DNA of 64,000 bases from Moniliella sp. 'wahieum' (taxonomy: Eukaryota): positions 1 to 64,000 of the forward strand of contig RSEE01000085.1 in the NCBI GenBank assembly GCA_003971905.1. Reading direction: 5' to 3'. Below, one piece after another: positions 60,538-64,000 of the stretch; positions within the stretch are counted from its first letter, which is position 1, and each line of letters begins with the position of its first letter. A program made the position numbers and the translations under genes. Below the pieces are notes generated by a model. The model ran no database searches. It was not told where the DNA came from and worked only from the letters and a program-made list of their open reading frames with translations.

Positions 60538-63500
60538 CTAGGCACGCGGGTCGGCTACGGCCGCGTCGCGGGGGGCGGAGCGAGGTCTCCCGCTGGCACA
60601 ACGGGCGACTGGACGGACTAAAGGGGGCAAACGTAGAGGCCATGAGGACGAAAGGGGCGAGGAGGAGGACGCGCGCAGGGTAGCCTGCTGTTCCTTCGCT
60701 TTGTCCCACCCTGCCGCTGGCGGGGAGTCGATGTGGGACGAGGCACTACGGGGCAGGGCGACTGTGCCGGCGACGGGGCGCACGACCGCTGTCAGCAAGC
60801 GAAGAGGCAAGGCTGCTGGTGGTAGTGGTAGTGGTAGTGGTCGTGGTAGTGGTAGTGGTAGTGGTATGGTAGGGGGTGGGCGGGGGCGATGCCGAGGTGC
60901 GGTCGGGGTGCATGTCGAGGCGTGCGAGGAGACCGACCAAGGCAGGGGCGGACGTGGTCGTCGCTTACGGGAAGAGAGGAGGACCGTGGTCTCGCTAGCG
61001 GAAGGAGGCAGAGTAGGACGAGCTAGAGGAAACAGACGACGGATCATCCCGTTCTGCTCTGACGCAATGGTACGGCAAGTCGTAGTCCCGCTGCTGCTCC
61101 GTCGGCCCGGCTGCACAAACGGTAGGACGGAGACCATCGCCACCGTACGCGTGATCGTACTCGTACTCGTACGAGTACCCCCGTGTTGACACGGGGAGAG
61201 GAGGCAGACGGACTCGCGCGCGCTGTAGGTCCGCACTTGAGACTGCACTTGGGCACTCGTACCAGATAGGCATACTGCTCCAACTGCCGCGGATGAGCGC
61301 AGCACGGTCATCCGCATTCTCTTGAGCAGCAACAAGGACAGATGCAGCTGCCGTGTCGTCACGGACCGGAGCACGGTCCGGCGGTACGACCGCTCCTGTT
61401 CAGAAAACGAAGGCAGCACGTCCCACTCGCGTTGGGACCGCCCACCCACCACTTCCACCCAGGGTTGGGAGGTGGAGGTCGGGCGGGCATCTCCTTCGCT
61501 CGGGACCCAGGCGCGGCCAGCAGGGCAGAAGTCATCAGTGAGGAGGGGTTACGCTTGTACCCGAGACAGAGGACCGGTTCCTTTATTACGGTTGTGAAGC
61601 GGAGCGGGCCATCGTCTGACTCGAGCCTGGACCTATTCCACCCCCCGAGGGGGAAGGGACAACGAGGCGCAAGGTTCGGTGCGGGTAGAAGGGTACGGTT
61701 AAACTGGTCCTGGATGCGTCCAAGGCAGCGTGACCCTTCCAGTCGGGAGGGAAGCGGGACGGGAACTCGTTGGACCCGAGCGGCGCAGTGTTGTCCCGAT
61801 GGCCGGATTCGCCGCGGGCGGGAACAAGGCAAGTGGTACGTATCCGAGTAGCACCGATCGCGCGCGCCACTGGTCCGGGTGTCGGTCCAATATACTTCGC
61901 GGAAGTACTCGGATAACGCCATTGCGCCGCGAATCGCTTCACCCTGTCCCGAGTCCATTCCATGGAAGAACGAAGCGGGGGATGCGAACTCGGTGCTCCA
62001 TCCGCGGGAGGAAAGGACGCAGAGAGAGGACCCCTGTTGCGTAGACAAGGGTAGAGAGGAATGAGCTTAAGGTCGGATCATGCAGTGCCCGCTCGCAGAG
62101 CCCGGAATCCGACAAGATGTCCGTAGTGTGGATGCTGAAGCGGGGTCCAAGCCTGCTTCTGTCTGACCCTCTAACGGAGCCAAGGAAGAATCGGTGGTGG
62201 GACGGGTAGGACGCGTGTGGGCGTACCATCCCTCCCCTTCCTCGCTGCGCGGGACAAAGTGAGGGTGCCAAGAGCCATCAGCGGCACAAGTGGGGGAAGG
62301 ATGAAGGGGGTGCTGGGCTGTTGAGGAGAGAGCGAAGTGGCCAGACCGGGGAGGCCACCAGGAAGTTTCCCCATGTTCAACCCCGGGGGCTCTTGGCCCT
62401 GAGCAAATGCGATGCGATGCTGTAAGAGACGGGTTTGGGCTTGAGCTTGAGCTTGGGCATGGGCTTGAGCGAGCAGAACAGCTTGGGCGCCAGCGGCAGC
62501 CTTGTCGGATTGGGACCGGCCCCAGGAGAGACGGATGCGAGTGCCTTGGATGGGGAGCCGGCCATGCGGTCAATGGCCCGTTGGGCATCTTGTTTTCGGG
62601 AAAACGCGACAAAACACACCCTTTTCCGCGAGGAATTTTGACATAGGCAATCTCACCAAACGGCGCAAACAGTGTTCGCAGCACGTCCTCTCCCACAGCT
62701 GGACCAGACCGCCGACAAAGACCGTGGCATTGTTGGGGTCAAGCGCACTGGCCGTGTCGGCATGGGACACCAGCCGCTCAGGAACGGGCCGCTTAGGCTC
62801 CCGACCGAATAGGGTGTGCTTCAGACGAAGGTACGCCGGCAGTTGCCAGGGGGCAACTGGATTGGCCTGAAGCAGCATACTGGTATTCTCGTGCGGAGCA
62901 TACTGCTTGGGTGGCGAGTGGGGGCCGTGCAGGGGCGTGAAGGGGTGATGGTGCTTCTGGTGTGGCAGGGGAAAGGCGCAAGGGCCGGGCAGCGGTGGAG
63001 CCGTCGAGGGCTGGATGTAGACGCCCTGCATTTCGATCAGGGCCCGCTGGGCATCGTGGGGGTCGTAGAAGCGGACAAGCCCAAAGCCACGCGACTGTGG
63101 GTCAACGGGTCGGTCATGATCTGGGCAGACGAGAGCAGGAGCGAGGCGGCACGCGTCAGCAGCGCTCGGCGGACGCAGGGGCCCACGAAGTAGAGAACGG
63201 GGACGGGGGGGGGGGGGGGGCGTACCTTGGCGCTCTTGGTGGGAGTGGAAGGGAGCAGGGGCAATGCGAGGCGGCTGTCGGTGGGGAGGAGGTGGTGGGA
63301 GGCGAGGGCGAGGGGGTGGCGGGGGGGCCAGGGGGGCGGGTGGAGGAACTGGGCGACGAGGTCTTCTTCGCGGAGGGTGTGAGCCAAGTCGGCGACAAAG
63401 ACACTGTACTCGTTGTCGTAGGGGAAGCGGGTCGGGGGGCGGCAGCACGGCGGCGGCGGCGGTTGCGGCCGACACGGCGGGGATGCGTCGGGTGGCAGGG

Positions 63501-63653
63501 GGGGCGGGCGAGATGGGCGGGCGGCAGCGGCAGCCCATGCGGATGCGGAGGGTGAGGGTGAATGCGCGGGGCGGATGAGGGCGAGGGCAAGGACAGGGGC
63601 AGGGGGGCAGGGGGGGCGGTGGGGGTGGCCTCGGTGAGGCGGAAGGTTGCCAT
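60538..63653 (-). CDS. Nam8/Ngr1-family RRM RNA-binding protein with a long disordered C-terminus; intron ~63121-63225
   Basis: EYSVFVADL..TKSAK|IMTDP..SRGFG.VRF..DAQRALIEMQG..RLSPATP and DPNNATVFVGGL..LFAPFGEIAYVKIPRGKGC.FV.F..AQRAI..M; 3' end approximate. Confidence 0.8.
60817..60867 (+). repeat. (GGTAGT)n hexamer microsatellite within the RRM gene
   Basis: ggtggtagtggtagtggtagtggtcgtggtagtggtagtggtagtggta. Confidence 0.8.
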
Positions 63654-64000
63654 GGCAGGGGCCAGGGGGGGTGGTGGTGGAGGGGGAGGGAGGGAGGATG
63701 GATGGGAGGATGGATGGATGAAAGGACGTGGGCGGAGTGGCTGGTATATGCTCCGTACGCTCAGATCGGACGCATGCATCCATGCGTGTGTGCGTGTGGG
63801 TCTGGTGGCCAGCGCCCCAGCACCAGGCCGCACACGCCCGTCACAGTCAGCCGCTGTCTGTTCCTGGCCTCCCCGCCACTGTGCCTGCCTCTCCATGGCC
63901 AACCCTATCCGTCCCAGGCGCAGCCCACACACTGGCGCAGCCTCTCAGTGCTGGCCCAAGCCACGCTGCTGTCAGCGCTCTCTCACATACACCACCAATT

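Noticed and set aside
1..64000. Frameshifts in most genes suggesting mass pseudogenisation or programmed frameshifting
   Set aside because: They hit essential genes (TFA1, TFB4, NUP49, bL12m) as single-base losses, often in homopolymers, while motifs stay conserved. This fits unpolished long-read error.

Overview
GC-rich eukaryotic DNA with short GT-AG introns. Gene content and style suggest a basidiomycete fungus, probably a smut relative (inference). Most long conserved genes are broken by single-base frameshifts, best explained as uncorrected long-read indels rather than pseudogenisation. Order: TFIIE-alpha (TFA1, -) head-to-head with TFIIH subunit TFB4 (+); a KilA-N/APSES tail-anchored Bqt4-like gene (-); an AlcR-type Zn2Cys6 regulator (-); a ~14 kb transposon-rich island with a degenerate Gypsy-like pol, a complete young Ty1/Copia element (identical 160-bp LTRs, GGACG TSD) and a 5'-truncated CRE-clade RLE non-LTR element; a 4-finger C2H2 factor (+); NTE1 (-) head-to-head with a secreted GH18 chitinase (+); mitochondrial bL12, succinate-semialdehyde dehydrogenase and Nup49/58 (all -); a second, paralogous GH18 chitinase (-); a ~7 kb unrecognised gene built from ~19 copies of a ~93-aa acidic repeat with a 6-unit higher-order duplication (+); an Ifh1/Crf1-like acidic protein (-); and a Nam8/Ngr1-like RRM protein (-). 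The tandem-repeat gene and the retroelement island are the most unusual features. All family calls come from motif recognition by eye; no database searches were run.
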